This document shows, piece after piece, positions 1-8,328 of a stretch of DNA of 64,000 bases. A model generated the notes under the pieces. That model saw only the letters and a program-made list of their open reading frames with translations, ran no database searches and was not told the DNA's origin. The DNA lies in NCBI GenBank assembly GCA_963711565.1, contig CAVQEQ010000004.1, positions 1,571,293-1,635,292 of the forward strand. Reading direction: 5' to 3'. Each line of letters starts with the position of its first letter. Within the stretch, counting starts at the first letter, position 1. This DNA is from an uncultured delta proteobacterium (GTDB lineage Bacteria > Desulfobacterota > Binatia > Binatales > Binataceae). The position numbers were made by a program, and so were the translations under genes.

Positions 1-310
1 TCCTGGCGACCCGAAAATCGGCACCGAGGGCTGATGCACGCTCGGCAAATTCTCTCATCGAACCGAGACGTACGGCGGCGTCGTTGAGACGAGGCCATGC
101 CTTGCGTTTGGCGGCGCCGACGATCTCGCGCACTTCGGCGCGGCTGAGATTGCCGCGCAGCGCGTGGCCATAGTCGCGGCTCCAGAGACGCGCGATCTCC
201 GCCTGCGAGGTGGCAAGAGCAGGTTCGCGCTCGCTCGACGCGGTTTCAGCAGTTTTAACGATGTCTGCCGTCAGCCCGACGACACGCGAAATGCGCTTCT
301 TAACGGTCAT
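1..310 (-). CDS. hypothetical protein, N-terminal part (runs off the window edge), divergent from the GNAT-like/desaturase pair
   Basis: Manual translation from ATG at 310 gives MTVKKRISRVVGLTADIVKTAETASSEREPALATSQAEIARLWSRDYGHALRGNL..., open to base 1 with GC-rich codon usage. Not in the ORF track because it is truncated. Confidence 0.6.
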   Translation of the reverse strand, partial: MTVKKRISRVVGLTADIVKTAETASSEREPALATSQAEIARLWSRDYGHALRGNLSRAEVREIVGAAKRKAWPRLNDAAVRLGSMREFAERASALGADFRVAR

Positions 311-444
311 CGTTGGTCATCCCCACTGCCAAATTATAACCAAAAGTACTGAATTAATGCTAGATAGGCAACCAGCCGTCAGTTTAGCCTCCTCAGGCTC
401 GAAATTGCGTTGCGTTCCGGGCGCCGTCCCCTGTAATTAAGCGC

Positions 445-473
445 CTGTACTACAAATTGACGGATTTTATAAT
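445..473 (+). promoter_or_regulatory. candidate sigma70 promoter for the 627 gene in an AT-rich divergent intergenic region
   Basis: Perfect TATAAT at 468-473, 17 bp downstream of a weak -35 (CTGTAC, 445-450). Surrounding DNA is AT-rich relative to the genes. Confidence 0.4.
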
Positions 474-626
474 CTAAATGTTTGAGTCATTAACGACTGA
501 TCTTAGAGCATCTCGCGCGCGGCGCGCGCCAACTTCCCGGCGGCATTTGAATCCCACTGCGCCACGTCCGCCGCCGATCCGTGCGGCAGAGATTTTTCGG
601 GAAGCCGCGTCCCCGCATCACAAGGA

Positions 627-1379
627 ATGAATCGCGACGAATTCAGACTGAAAGGAAGGAGCTACTCAATGGAACTGCGTCTGCTGTCTACCGAAACCGA
701 ACGGAGAATTTTCGCCGCGCGCACCGAACAGATTCGTGCGAAGCACGGAGTCGGCTTCAAGGAGCGCTCGCGTTCGCGCCTCGCCAGAATTCACCTGACG
801 TTTGGCAATCTTTACGCGCTGTTTGAGAACGACGGCGAGCCGGCCGAGAAGATGATTGCGGGGCTGGTGATGCACGACCTCGAAATGTTTCCGCAAACCT
901 GTCCACGGCCCGACCTGTCGCATCTGCCGCCGCGATCGGTGCTCGAGGTCAGCGAGCTGTGGTCGCGCGCAGTCGGCGCGGGCGCGCTCGCGCGAGCCGG
1001 AGCCGCAATCCTGGCGGGGCTGCTCGACGCGCGAGCGATCCTCGCGTACCTGGGGGTGAAGCCATTCGACGGTACGCCATTCTACCGCGCGACAGGGTTC
1101 GTCAACGCGGGCGAACCGGTCGAGTATCCATACCTGGAAACTCTCAAGGGGGAAGCGATTTGGGCGCAGCCCATGATCCTAGAGGGCGAGTCGCTCGCAA
1201 AACTGACGCGAGTATTTTCGCAACTGATCATTGAGACGAATGAGGACCATAGCGTCCTGCGTTTCAGAAATTTCCTGAAGGGGAAATCGGCGGGCGGGCG
1301 GCCGGCGTTCGTGGACGATGCAGCACCCATGGTTGAACCGCGGATGGTGCATGAGGAAACCGCGGCGCCGATGCAATAG
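627..1379 (+). CDS. hypothetical protein with GNAT-like features (FeeM/N-acyl amino acid synthase or LuxI-like fold suspected)
   Basis: 250-aa ORF; probable start at ATG 669 after GGAG. Motifs VLEVSELWS and FYRATGFVNAGEP resemble the GNAT beta4 strand and the FYxxxGF motif B. Confidence 0.5.
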   Translation: MNRDEFRLKGRSYSMELRLLSTETERRIFAARTEQIRAKHGVGFKERSRSRLARIHLTFGNLYALFENDGEPAEKMIAGLVMHDLEMFPQTCPRPDLSHLPPRSVLEVSELWSRAVGAGALARAGAAILAGLLDARAILAYLGVKPFDGTPFYRATGFVNAGEPVEYPYLETLKGEAIWAQPMILEGESLAKLTRVFSQLIIETNEDHSVLRFRNFLKGKSAGGRPAFVDDAAPMVEPRMVHEETAAPMQ

Positions 1380-1384
1380 CGCCT

Positions 1385-2491
1385 ATGTCAGTTCGAGAGA
1401 CCGGATCAGAACGATTGAGGAAGCACTCGAGGGTAACAATGAATTACGGATCACAAGCAGAGTCCTCACCGGGGGCGGGACGCTTCGGCGACACCGGCAC
1501 GAACATCCCCGTCAAACTGACAAAGGAAGAGCTGACGGAGCTGTCGAGGGTCAAGCCGATCCTCGCGTGCGCTCACGTAGCCGCGGAGTGGGCGTTGATC
1601 GCGGCGACAATCTATCTGTGTCAGCGATTCTGGCATCCGATGCTGTACGTGTTCGCGGTCGCGTTCATCGGATCGCGCCAGCATGCGCTGCTGGTCCTGA
1701 TGCACGACGGCGTTCATTACCGGCTGCTGCGTAATCGGCGGCTGAACGACTGGCTGTCGGAAGTAGTGCTGGCATGGCCGCATCTCGTATCGGCGCGGCA
1801 ATATCGCAAGAACCATTTCGCGCATCATCGGTTCCTGAATACGGCGCAGGATCCCGACTTGAAGCGCAGGGCAGGCGACCCGGCGTGGGTATTTCCGCAG
1901 GCGGCGCCGAATCTCGCGAAGATGCTTTTCCGCGACGCGGTCGGATTGAACGCACCCGCGATGATCAAGCTGGCGGCGTCGGTAGCGGCGGCGGACGAGG
2001 TGCCGACGTGGTTTCTCGCGCTGCGCTACGGATTTTACGCGGCAGTACTTGGCGTCGTCATTTACTTGGGAGTGTTCGAGGGTTTCATTCTGTACTGGAT
2101 CGTGCCGATGTTCACGTGGCTGGTGCTGATCATGCGCATCCGCAGTATCGCCGAGCATCACGCGATCGACGTCGACGGGCCGCAGACGGCGTACCCGCGG
2201 ACGCGCACGACCGATGCGACGTTGCTCGAACGGATTTTCCTCGCGCCGAAAAACGTCAACTACCACATCGAGCATCACTTTTTCCCGAGCGTGCCGTTCT
2301 ATCGCCTGCCCGAACTCCACGCGATCCTGATGTCGAAGCCGGGCTACCGTGAAGGCGCTCACGTGACGCATACGTACTGGGGCGTGCTCGGAGAATCGGT
2401 GGGCCGCAAGGCGTCGAATGGCGGCAAGTTCCGCGCCGAGGACAGCTCGCAGCTCAACGGAATCCAGCGCGTCGCGGAGGCAACTGTTTGA
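1385..2491 (+). CDS. membrane fatty acid desaturase family protein
   Basis: Three His boxes (HDGVH, HFAHH, HIEHH) plus hydrophobic segments. Start may be ATG 1439. Confidence 0.9.
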   Translation: MSVRETGSERLRKHSRVTMNYGSQAESSPGAGRFGDTGTNIPVKLTKEELTELSRVKPILACAHVAAEWALIAATIYLCQRFWHPMLYVFAVAFIGSRQHALLVLMHDGVHYRLLRNRRLNDWLSEVVLAWPHLVSARQYRKNHFAHHRFLNTAQDPDLKRRAGDPAWVFPQAAPNLAKMLFRDAVGLNAPAMIKLAASVAAADEVPTWFLALRYGFYAAVLGVVIYLGVFEGFILYWIVPMFTWLVLIMRIRSIAEHHAIDVDGPQTAYPRTRTTDATLLERIFLAPKNVNYHIEHHFFPSVPFYRLPELHAILMSKPGYREGAHVTHTYWGVLGESVGRKASNGGKFRAEDSSQLNGIQRVAEATV

Positions 2492-2653
2492 TGATCTGAT
2501 CCCACCTGCGATCAACCTTCTGTTATCGCGCGCCGGCCAAGCGGTTGCACACCGCGGTCGCCTAATTGTAGAGTTGCGCCGGGCGCGAACCGACTGATTA
2601 CAGCCAGGACTGGGGTGGACTCCGTCTGGCGGCGGATTTCGACCCCGTAGCGA

Positions 2654-3823
2654 ATGGCTGCAATTCCGATAACCTACAATCTTAGAAGCCTGATGGTCCG
2701 GCGGACGACCTCGCTGATGACCGCGCTTGGGATAGCGCTGGTCGTGATGGTGGTCGTGATCCTGCTGAGCTTCGTCAGCGGCTTGCGACAAAGCCTCGAG
2801 CTGGCGGGAGAGCCGGGGCACTGGATTATTCTCAGCCGCGGCACCGTCTCCGAGGGCGAAAGCTACATCCCGCGCGAGCAGTCGGACATCCTGCGGACGC
2901 GGCCCGAAATCGCCACTGACGCGTCGGGCGCGGCGCTCTTTTCCCCGGAGATGGTCGTGCCGTTCAATGCCGCGGTGAACCGGCCGGCGATTCAGTTTCG
3001 GCCGGCGTCATTGCGCGGCGTGTCGCCGATTGCGTATCAGATGCGGCGCGGGCTCAAGCTGGTGAAGGGGCGATGGCCGGCGCAGGGCCGCGACGAGATG
3101 GCGATCGGACAGAAGCAGGCGGCGCGGTTCCCGGAGCTGGGCGTCGGCACGACGTTCAAGTACGGGCGCCGCACGTGGACGATTGTCGGAATTTTCGCCG
3201 ATCGAGGCAGCGCGCTGGAGTCGGAATTCTGGACCGACATCAACGTCCTGCAGCAGGATGCGCGATTCGAGAACGGCTACTCATCGTTCCACGTCGTGCT
3301 GAAGCCCGGCACCGAGGAGACGTTTCGAAATGCGCTCAACGAAGATGCGCGACTGACTGTCGACGCGATCAGCGAGCATGATTTCTTCGCGGAGCAGGCC
3401 AAGGTCGCCGACCGCTTGCGCGAGCTCGTGCTGATAGTCGGCTTGATCGTGGGAACCGGCGCGGCCTTCGGCGGCATGAACACGATGTATGCGGCGGTGG
3501 CGCGGCGCACGCGCGAAGTTGGAGTGTTGCGCACGCTGGGCTTTAGCCGCGGATCGGTGCTGACGAGCTTTCTCGCTGAGAGCGTAATTCTGGCAATGGT
3601 TGGCGGGGTCATCGGCGATCTGCTCGCGACTCTCGTCGGCGTGGTCGCCGGTCTCGATAATCGGCTGATGAGCGTTGGCGCGGTGGTTTTTTCGTCGGCT
3701 TTCTCGGTGAACGCGCTGGTGGCGGGAATCGTTGCCGCGCTGCTGATTGGAATCGTCGGCGGGCTGATGCCGGCCTGGCGTGCTTCGCGTCTTCCGATCA
3801 TCGAGTCGCTGCGCGAGGCGTAA
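2654..3823 (+). CDS. ABC transporter permease, MacB/FtsX family
   Basis: N-terminal TM, large periplasmic loop, MYAAVARRTREVGVLRTLGF motif, C-terminal TMs and PAWRASRL ending. Confidence 0.9.
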   Translation: MAAIPITYNLRSLMVRRTTSLMTALGIALVVMVVVILLSFVSGLRQSLELAGEPGHWIILSRGTVSEGESYIPREQSDILRTRPEIATDASGAALFSPEMVVPFNAAVNRPAIQFRPASLRGVSPIAYQMRRGLKLVKGRWPAQGRDEMAIGQKQAARFPELGVGTTFKYGRRTWTIVGIFADRGSALESEFWTDINVLQQDARFENGYSSFHVVLKPGTEETFRNALNEDARLTVDAISEHDFFAEQAKVADRLRELVLIVGLIVGTGAAFGGMNTMYAAVARRTREVGVLRTLGFSRGSVLTSFLAESVILAMVGGVIGDLLATLVGVVAGLDNRLMSVGAVVFSSAFSVNALVAGIVAALLIGIVGGLMPAWRASRLPIIESLREA

Positions 3824-3827
3824 CCCG

Positions 3828-4988
3828 ATGCAATCGCTTCGACTGGTTTTTCGCTACGTGATCCGCCAACCGCGGCGCGCGATCCTGACGATGCTCACGT
3901 TCGCGGTCGCCACTTTTATCTTCACGGTGCTCGCGGCGATACCGAGCTCGATCGACATGATTCTGAAAAAGACCGCGGAGACGCTCCGCGTGTATTCCTA
4001 TAACGCCGATGGGCGTTACCTGGGCGTGCCCGCGCGCGATTGCAGGGAAATCGAGAAGATTCCCGGCGTCGTCGCCTGCAACCCGATGGTGGTGCTGCGC
4101 GCCACGTATCAGAGCGCGTCGGAAACGGTGCAGGCGTTTGCGCTGGACGCGGACAAAGTCGAGCTGATGTATCCCGACTACAATCTTACGCCGGAGGTGC
4201 TCGGCCAGTTCACGAGCCTGCGCAACGCAGCGGTCGGGGGACGGCTGCTGATGCGCAAGCATGGCTGGAAGGTGGGCGACGTGGTCGTGCTGCGCGGCGA
4301 TTCCAACCGGCTCGACATCAAGTTTACGATGGTCGGCGAGATCCCGGCGGACAACTATCCGAATTTTTTCATGTTCCGGCGCGACTACCTGGTCGAGGCG
4401 GAGAAAAAAATCGGAATCCCCGAAGAAAAGCATCCGGCGGGCTTCCTGGTGACACGCGTCAACTCAGCCAATCACATCGCGTCCGTCATTCATCAGATCG
4501 ACAGCACCTTTCACAACTCGGACTTTGAAACCGCTTCGATGACCGAGAGCGAGGCGGTATCAGGCCTGATGTCCACCGTCGGGGACATCCGCGGCATCGT
4601 GTCCGCGATCTCCGCGGTGATCGCGCTGACGATTTTTCTGATCGCCGCGAATGCGATGTCGATGATGGTGCGGGAACGGTTGCGCGATGTGGCGGTGCTG
4701 CGCGCGCTCGGATTCAAGCAGCCGTACATCGCGCGTATCCTGCTCGGCGAGTGCGCGCTGATCGGCACTGTGGGCGGCGCGCTCGGATGCGCGCTTGCGC
4801 TGTGGCAGTTCGGCAGCGGCACGACGTTGCGCGCGGTGCTGGAGAGCGCCGGTTATCTGACGGTGACCTACGGCGCCGCGCTCGAAGCGATGCTCGCCGC
4901 GATTGCGATCAGTATTCTGAGTGCCGCGATTCCGGTGTTGGGTGCGATGCGGGTGACGCCGGCCGACGCCTTCCGAAAGACGATCTGA
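3828..4988 (+). CDS. ABC transporter permease, MacB/FtsX family
   Basis: MVRERLRDVAVLRALGF motif and same architecture as the upstream gene. ATG 3828 lies 4 nt after the previous stop. Confidence 0.88.
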   Translation: MQSLRLVFRYVIRQPRRAILTMLTFAVATFIFTVLAAIPSSIDMILKKTAETLRVYSYNADGRYLGVPARDCREIEKIPGVVACNPMVVLRATYQSASETVQAFALDADKVELMYPDYNLTPEVLGQFTSLRNAAVGGRLLMRKHGWKVGDVVVLRGDSNRLDIKFTMVGEIPADNYPNFFMFRRDYLVEAEKKIGIPEEKHPAGFLVTRVNSANHIASVIHQIDSTFHNSDFETASMTESEAVSGLMSTVGDIRGIVSAISAVIALTIFLIAANAMSMMVRERLRDVAVLRALGFKQPYIARILLGECALIGTVGGALGCALALWQFGSGTTLRAVLESAGYLTVTYGAALEAMLAAIAISILSAAIPVLGAMRVTPADAFRKTI

Positions 4989-4993
4989 ACCGG

Positions 4994-5422
4994 CTACCTG
5001 CCGACCGCGTGACGAACCGTGTTCAGTATATAGATGAAGTCGCGCGGCGATTTTACGTCGCCGAGAAGCGCTACCCGCTCCAGCATTTCCATCTCGTCGC
5101 CCGTGATATTGTGGATGCGCCGAATCTGTTCGTCCTTGCGAAAATCTTCCCACGCAGACTTTGCGTCGGTCTCCGGCTCCGGGCTGAGTAGTGCCTGCGC
5201 GCGCGGATTGGCGAGGAAAAACAGCTCCCGCCGATCGAGTCCGAGCACTTCGGCAAGGCGCGTGACGATCTTGTCCGACGGGTGCCGTTTGGCCGATTCG
5301 AGGTGACCGATGTACGGGGTCGAAGTCTTGATTCGGCGCGCGACCTCTTCCTGGGTCAGGTCCAGTTGCCGCCGGCGGTCACGAAGTACTTGACCAAAAC
5401 TACGTTCCTTGGTCCGTGCCAT
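4994..5422 (-). CDS. XRE-family helix-turn-helix transcriptional regulator
   Basis: FGQVLRDRRRQLDLTQEEVARRIKTSTPYIGHLESAKRHPS is a typical HTH_3. ATG at 5422 is preceded by AAGGGG. Confidence 0.9.
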   Translation of the reverse strand: MARTKERSFGQVLRDRRRQLDLTQEEVARRIKTSTPYIGHLESAKRHPSDKIVTRLAEVLGLDRRELFFLANPRAQALLSPEPETDAKSAWEDFRKDEQIRRIHNITGDEMEMLERVALLGDVKSPRDFIYILNTVRHAVGR

Positions 5423-5476
5423 TAATGTAAGTCCCCTTGAGGAGTCGTTCGCGGCGTGGATCAACCGCGTTCCCAA

Positions 5477-6202
5477 TCAATTGGGTGAGATTCGACGCTG
5501 CCAGTTTGTACCATCCAAGAGCCTGTAAGGCAAATTCAGTTCGGACGGTTTTCCGGCCTCGGCCTCCTCGAGGTCGCCGCCCTTGACCAGGGTGGACCAG
5601 AGGTCCTTGGGGTCGCCGAAAATCAGGTCAGCCTTCGCAGGGATCATGTACCATGCGCCGGACATGACTTCGCTGGAGAGCTGATCGCGCAGCCACTGCG
5701 CCTTGCCTGAAATGACGCGGAGATCGGTGATCCGCGGGTCCTTGAGGACGCCTGCAACGGCGTCGCGGCCGGCCGCGACGTAAACGTCATCGAAGACCCG
5801 TGTGGCGGAGCTTTGTGCTGACGACGCGCGGAAGATCACCGATATCCCGTCGAGTAAGGGTATGCGATGGTCGAGGAAACCGTTTTCAACTGGGCCGCCC
5901 ATGTAAACCGTTCCATCTGGACCCTTTAACTGGCGCGCTTGCGGAAACAGATCCCGCACCTGCTGTTTTGCCGGGGTATTTATGATGAGGCCGGCGAGCA
6001 GCGGCGGCTCGGTCGACGGCACCATCAGGATCACGGCGTGCTCAAACAGCGGGTCCTGCAAGTCGCGAGTGGCGACCAGAATGGACGGCATGGTCAGGTC
6101 CATGCTGTCCGCGTTCCGCGCCGTCACCAGGGCCGCAATCAACGCCGTGATAAGAATGCCGGCGACCATACGTCGGCGGAGCTTGATGCTGAGCCGCACC
6201 AT
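5477..6202 (-). CDS. YqgE/AlgH (DUF179) family protein with N-terminal signal/TM segment
   Basis: ILVATRDLQDPLFEHAVILM, GLIIN, VYMGGPV, QLSSEVMSGAW motifs. Confidence 0.8.
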   Translation of the reverse strand: MVRLSIKLRRRMVAGILITALIAALVTARNADSMDLTMPSILVATRDLQDPLFEHAVILMVPSTEPPLLAGLIINTPAKQQVRDLFPQARQLKGPDGTVYMGGPVENGFLDHRIPLLDGISVIFRASSAQSSATRVFDDVYVAAGRDAVAGVLKDPRITDLRVISGKAQWLRDQLSSEVMSGAWYMIPAKADLIFGDPKDLWSTLVKGGDLEEAEAGKPSELNLPYRLLDGTNWQRRISPN

Positions 6203-6286
6203 ATATCAAGTACATAGCGTCAACTCGAATCGAGGTTCAACGCCGGGGCGCTGACCTCGGCAGCGTCAAGTGCTATTGCTGTCCCA

Positions 6287-7429
6287 GTGAGCGCAAATCG
6301 AAAAGCGGACGTGGCGATCGTCGGGGCCGGCATCCTCGGCCTCGCGCATGCATACTTCGCGGCCAAGCGCGGGCGGTCGGTTGTCGTGTTCGAGCGCACA
6401 CCGCGGGCGCAGGGTGCGTCGGTGCGCAACTTCGGCATGATCTGGCCGATTGGGCAGAGAGCCGGCGTCGTGCATCAGATGGCGATGCGCAGTCGTCAAA
6501 TCTGGAATGAGATGCTGGAAGCGTCCGGATTGCAGTATCGCCCTACTGGCTCGCTTCACGTCGTCTATCATCAGGACGAGGCCGACGTGGCGCGGGAGTT
6601 CGTCGAACGCGCGCCCGCGCTCGGTTATACCTGCACGTGGCTTGCGCCCGCTGAAGTGCTGAAGGCAAGCGCGGCGGTAAATCCCAAGGGACTTCTCGGC
6701 GGCATCTGGAGTCCTACCGAGCTCACTGTCGATCCGCGGCAGATTCTGGCGAAGCTGCCGGCGTTTCTCGGCGAGAAATTCGGCGTACAGTTTCGCTTCG
6801 GTACCGCAGTGCGATCGATTCAGTTGCCGAATATCGAAGCCGGATCGGAAACCTGGGAGACCACTCAGGCGATCGTTTGCGGCGGGGATGATTTTGAAAC
6901 TCTCTACCCGGAATTGTTCGCGACCAGCGCGATCGATCGATGCAAGTTGCAGATGATGCGTACCGCGCCGCAGAAATCTGGATGGGAGCTTGGCCCGTCG
7001 CTCGCCGCGGGCCTCACGCTGCGCTTCTATCCAGCGTTTGAAATCTGTACGGCGACGCTGCCGAAATACAAGCAGCGTGTCGCGCGCGAACTCGGCGATT
7101 ACGATCGCTTCGCCATTCACACGCTCGTCTCGCAGACCGCGGACGGAGCGCTGACGCTCGGCGATTCGCATGAGTACGGTCGCGCAGTCGATATCTTCAA
7201 CAAGACCGAAATCGACGAACTGGTCATGCGCAACGTGCGCGAGTTCCTGGTTGCGCCTGACCTCTCGATCGCGGAGCGATGGTACGGCGTGTACGCAAAG
7301 CATCCGGACAAATCATGGGTCGCGATCGACGCCGCGCCCGGCGTGCGCATCGTCACCGCAGTCGGCGGATCCGGCATGACACTGTCGTTCGGCTTGGCCG
7401 AACAGATGATTCGCGAGATGGATATATAA
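6287..7429 (+). CDS. FAD-dependent oxidoreductase, TIGR03364-like (aminophosphonate amine oxidoreductase candidate)
   Basis: GAGILG dinucleotide-binding motif, GASVRNFGMIW, GDSHEY, GGSGMTLSFGLAE. Stop overlaps the phnX start (TAATG at 7427-7431). Confidence 0.85.
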   Translation: MSANRKADVAIVGAGILGLAHAYFAAKRGRSVVVFERTPRAQGASVRNFGMIWPIGQRAGVVHQMAMRSRQIWNEMLEASGLQYRPTGSLHVVYHQDEADVAREFVERAPALGYTCTWLAPAEVLKASAAVNPKGLLGGIWSPTELTVDPRQILAKLPAFLGEKFGVQFRFGTAVRSIQLPNIEAGSETWETTQAIVCGGDDFETLYPELFATSAIDRCKLQMMRTAPQKSGWELGPSLAAGLTLRFYPAFEICTATLPKYKQRVARELGDYDRFAIHTLVSQTADGALTLGDSHEYGRAVDIFNKTEIDELVMRNVREFLVAPDLSIAERWYGVYAKHPDKSWVAIDAAPGVRIVTAVGGSGMTLSFGLAEQMIREMDI

Positions 7430-8246
7430 TGAAGCAATCGTATTCGGGGCCGGTGAAGGCCATCATTCTCGATTGGGCGGGCACAACGGTCGATCACGGC
7501 AGCCTCGCGCCGGTCCGCGTCCTGCAACAGGTGTTTGCGGGCCGCGGCGTTCCGATTTCGGAGGAAGAAGCGCGCCGCGACATGGGCGTGCTGAAAATCG
7601 ACCACATCAGAAAGATTCTGTTCGGGGCAAATGTCTCGGAGCGATGGCGCAAAGCCGTCGGGCACGATCCAATCGAGGCGGACGTCGAGAGTCTGTTCGC
7701 GAACTTCGTGCCGCTACAGCTCGAATGCCTGGTCAAATACTCGACCGTGATCGATGGTGTCGCGGCGGCAGTCGCGCGCGTCCGCAAACGCGGAATCAAG
7801 ATCGGAAGCACCACGGGATACACCCGTCCAATGCTCGATATGATCCTGCGACCCGCCGCCGAGCAGGGTTACAGGCCAGACTGCGCGATAACTCCGGATG
7901 ACGTCGGCGCGGCTGGCCGCATCCATGGATGATCTACGCCAACGCGATCCGGCTGCAGGTCGAGCCGCTCGAGGCGATCGTGAAAGTCGGCGACACACCC
8001 GTGGATATCGAGGAAGGACTTCGCGCGGGTGTATGGACGATCGGCGTCGCGCGTACCGGCAACATGATCGGGCTGTCCGTTGAGGATTTTGCTGTTCTCA
8101 CACCAGCGCAGCAAGCGAGTCGCCTTGAGAATGCGCGTGCCGCGCTATCCGCAGCAGGCGCACATGAAGTGATCGACGCGGTCGCCGATTTAGAGCCGGC
8201 GCTCGACGCGATCCAAGCGCGCATCCGCAAAGGCGAGCGTCCTTAG
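7429..8246 (+). CDS. phnX: phosphonoacetaldehyde hydrolase (phosphonatase); frameshift near 7910
   Basis: ILDWAGTTVDHGSLAP, MGVLKIDHIR (Schiff-base Lys), IGSTTGY, then in another frame PHPWMIY...VKVGDTPVDIEEGLRAGVWTIGV. Confidence 0.92.
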
Positions 8247-8269
8247 GGAAGGTAGATCACTTCATTTGA

Positions 8270-8318
8270 CGTGAACCCGCGGTGGGTTTCACGCTTCCTC
8301 GGCAGGGGTGACCCCTGC
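8270..8318. terminator. two tandem hairpins between convergent genes (probable bidirectional terminator)
   Basis: CGTGAACCC..GGGTTTCACG (8270-8293) and GCAGGGG-TGA-CCCCTGC (8302-8318). Confidence 0.55.
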
Positions 8319-8328
8319 ACCCAATGGT

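Noticed and set aside
430-462. CCTGTA repeats resembling a lux box upstream of the GNAT-like gene
   Set aside because: Only the left half-site matches; there is no dyad-symmetric ACAGG half and no AHL-type LuxR adjacent.
5835-5890. Odd peptide NGFLDHRIPLLDGI inside the YqgE-like gene as an insertion element footprint
   Set aside because: In frame, short and without flanking repeats; cannot be distinguished from loop variation or local error.
7900-7935. Programmed ribosomal frameshift in phnX
   Set aside because: No slippery heptamer, and similar indels recur in many unrelated genes, so sequencing error is more parsimonious.
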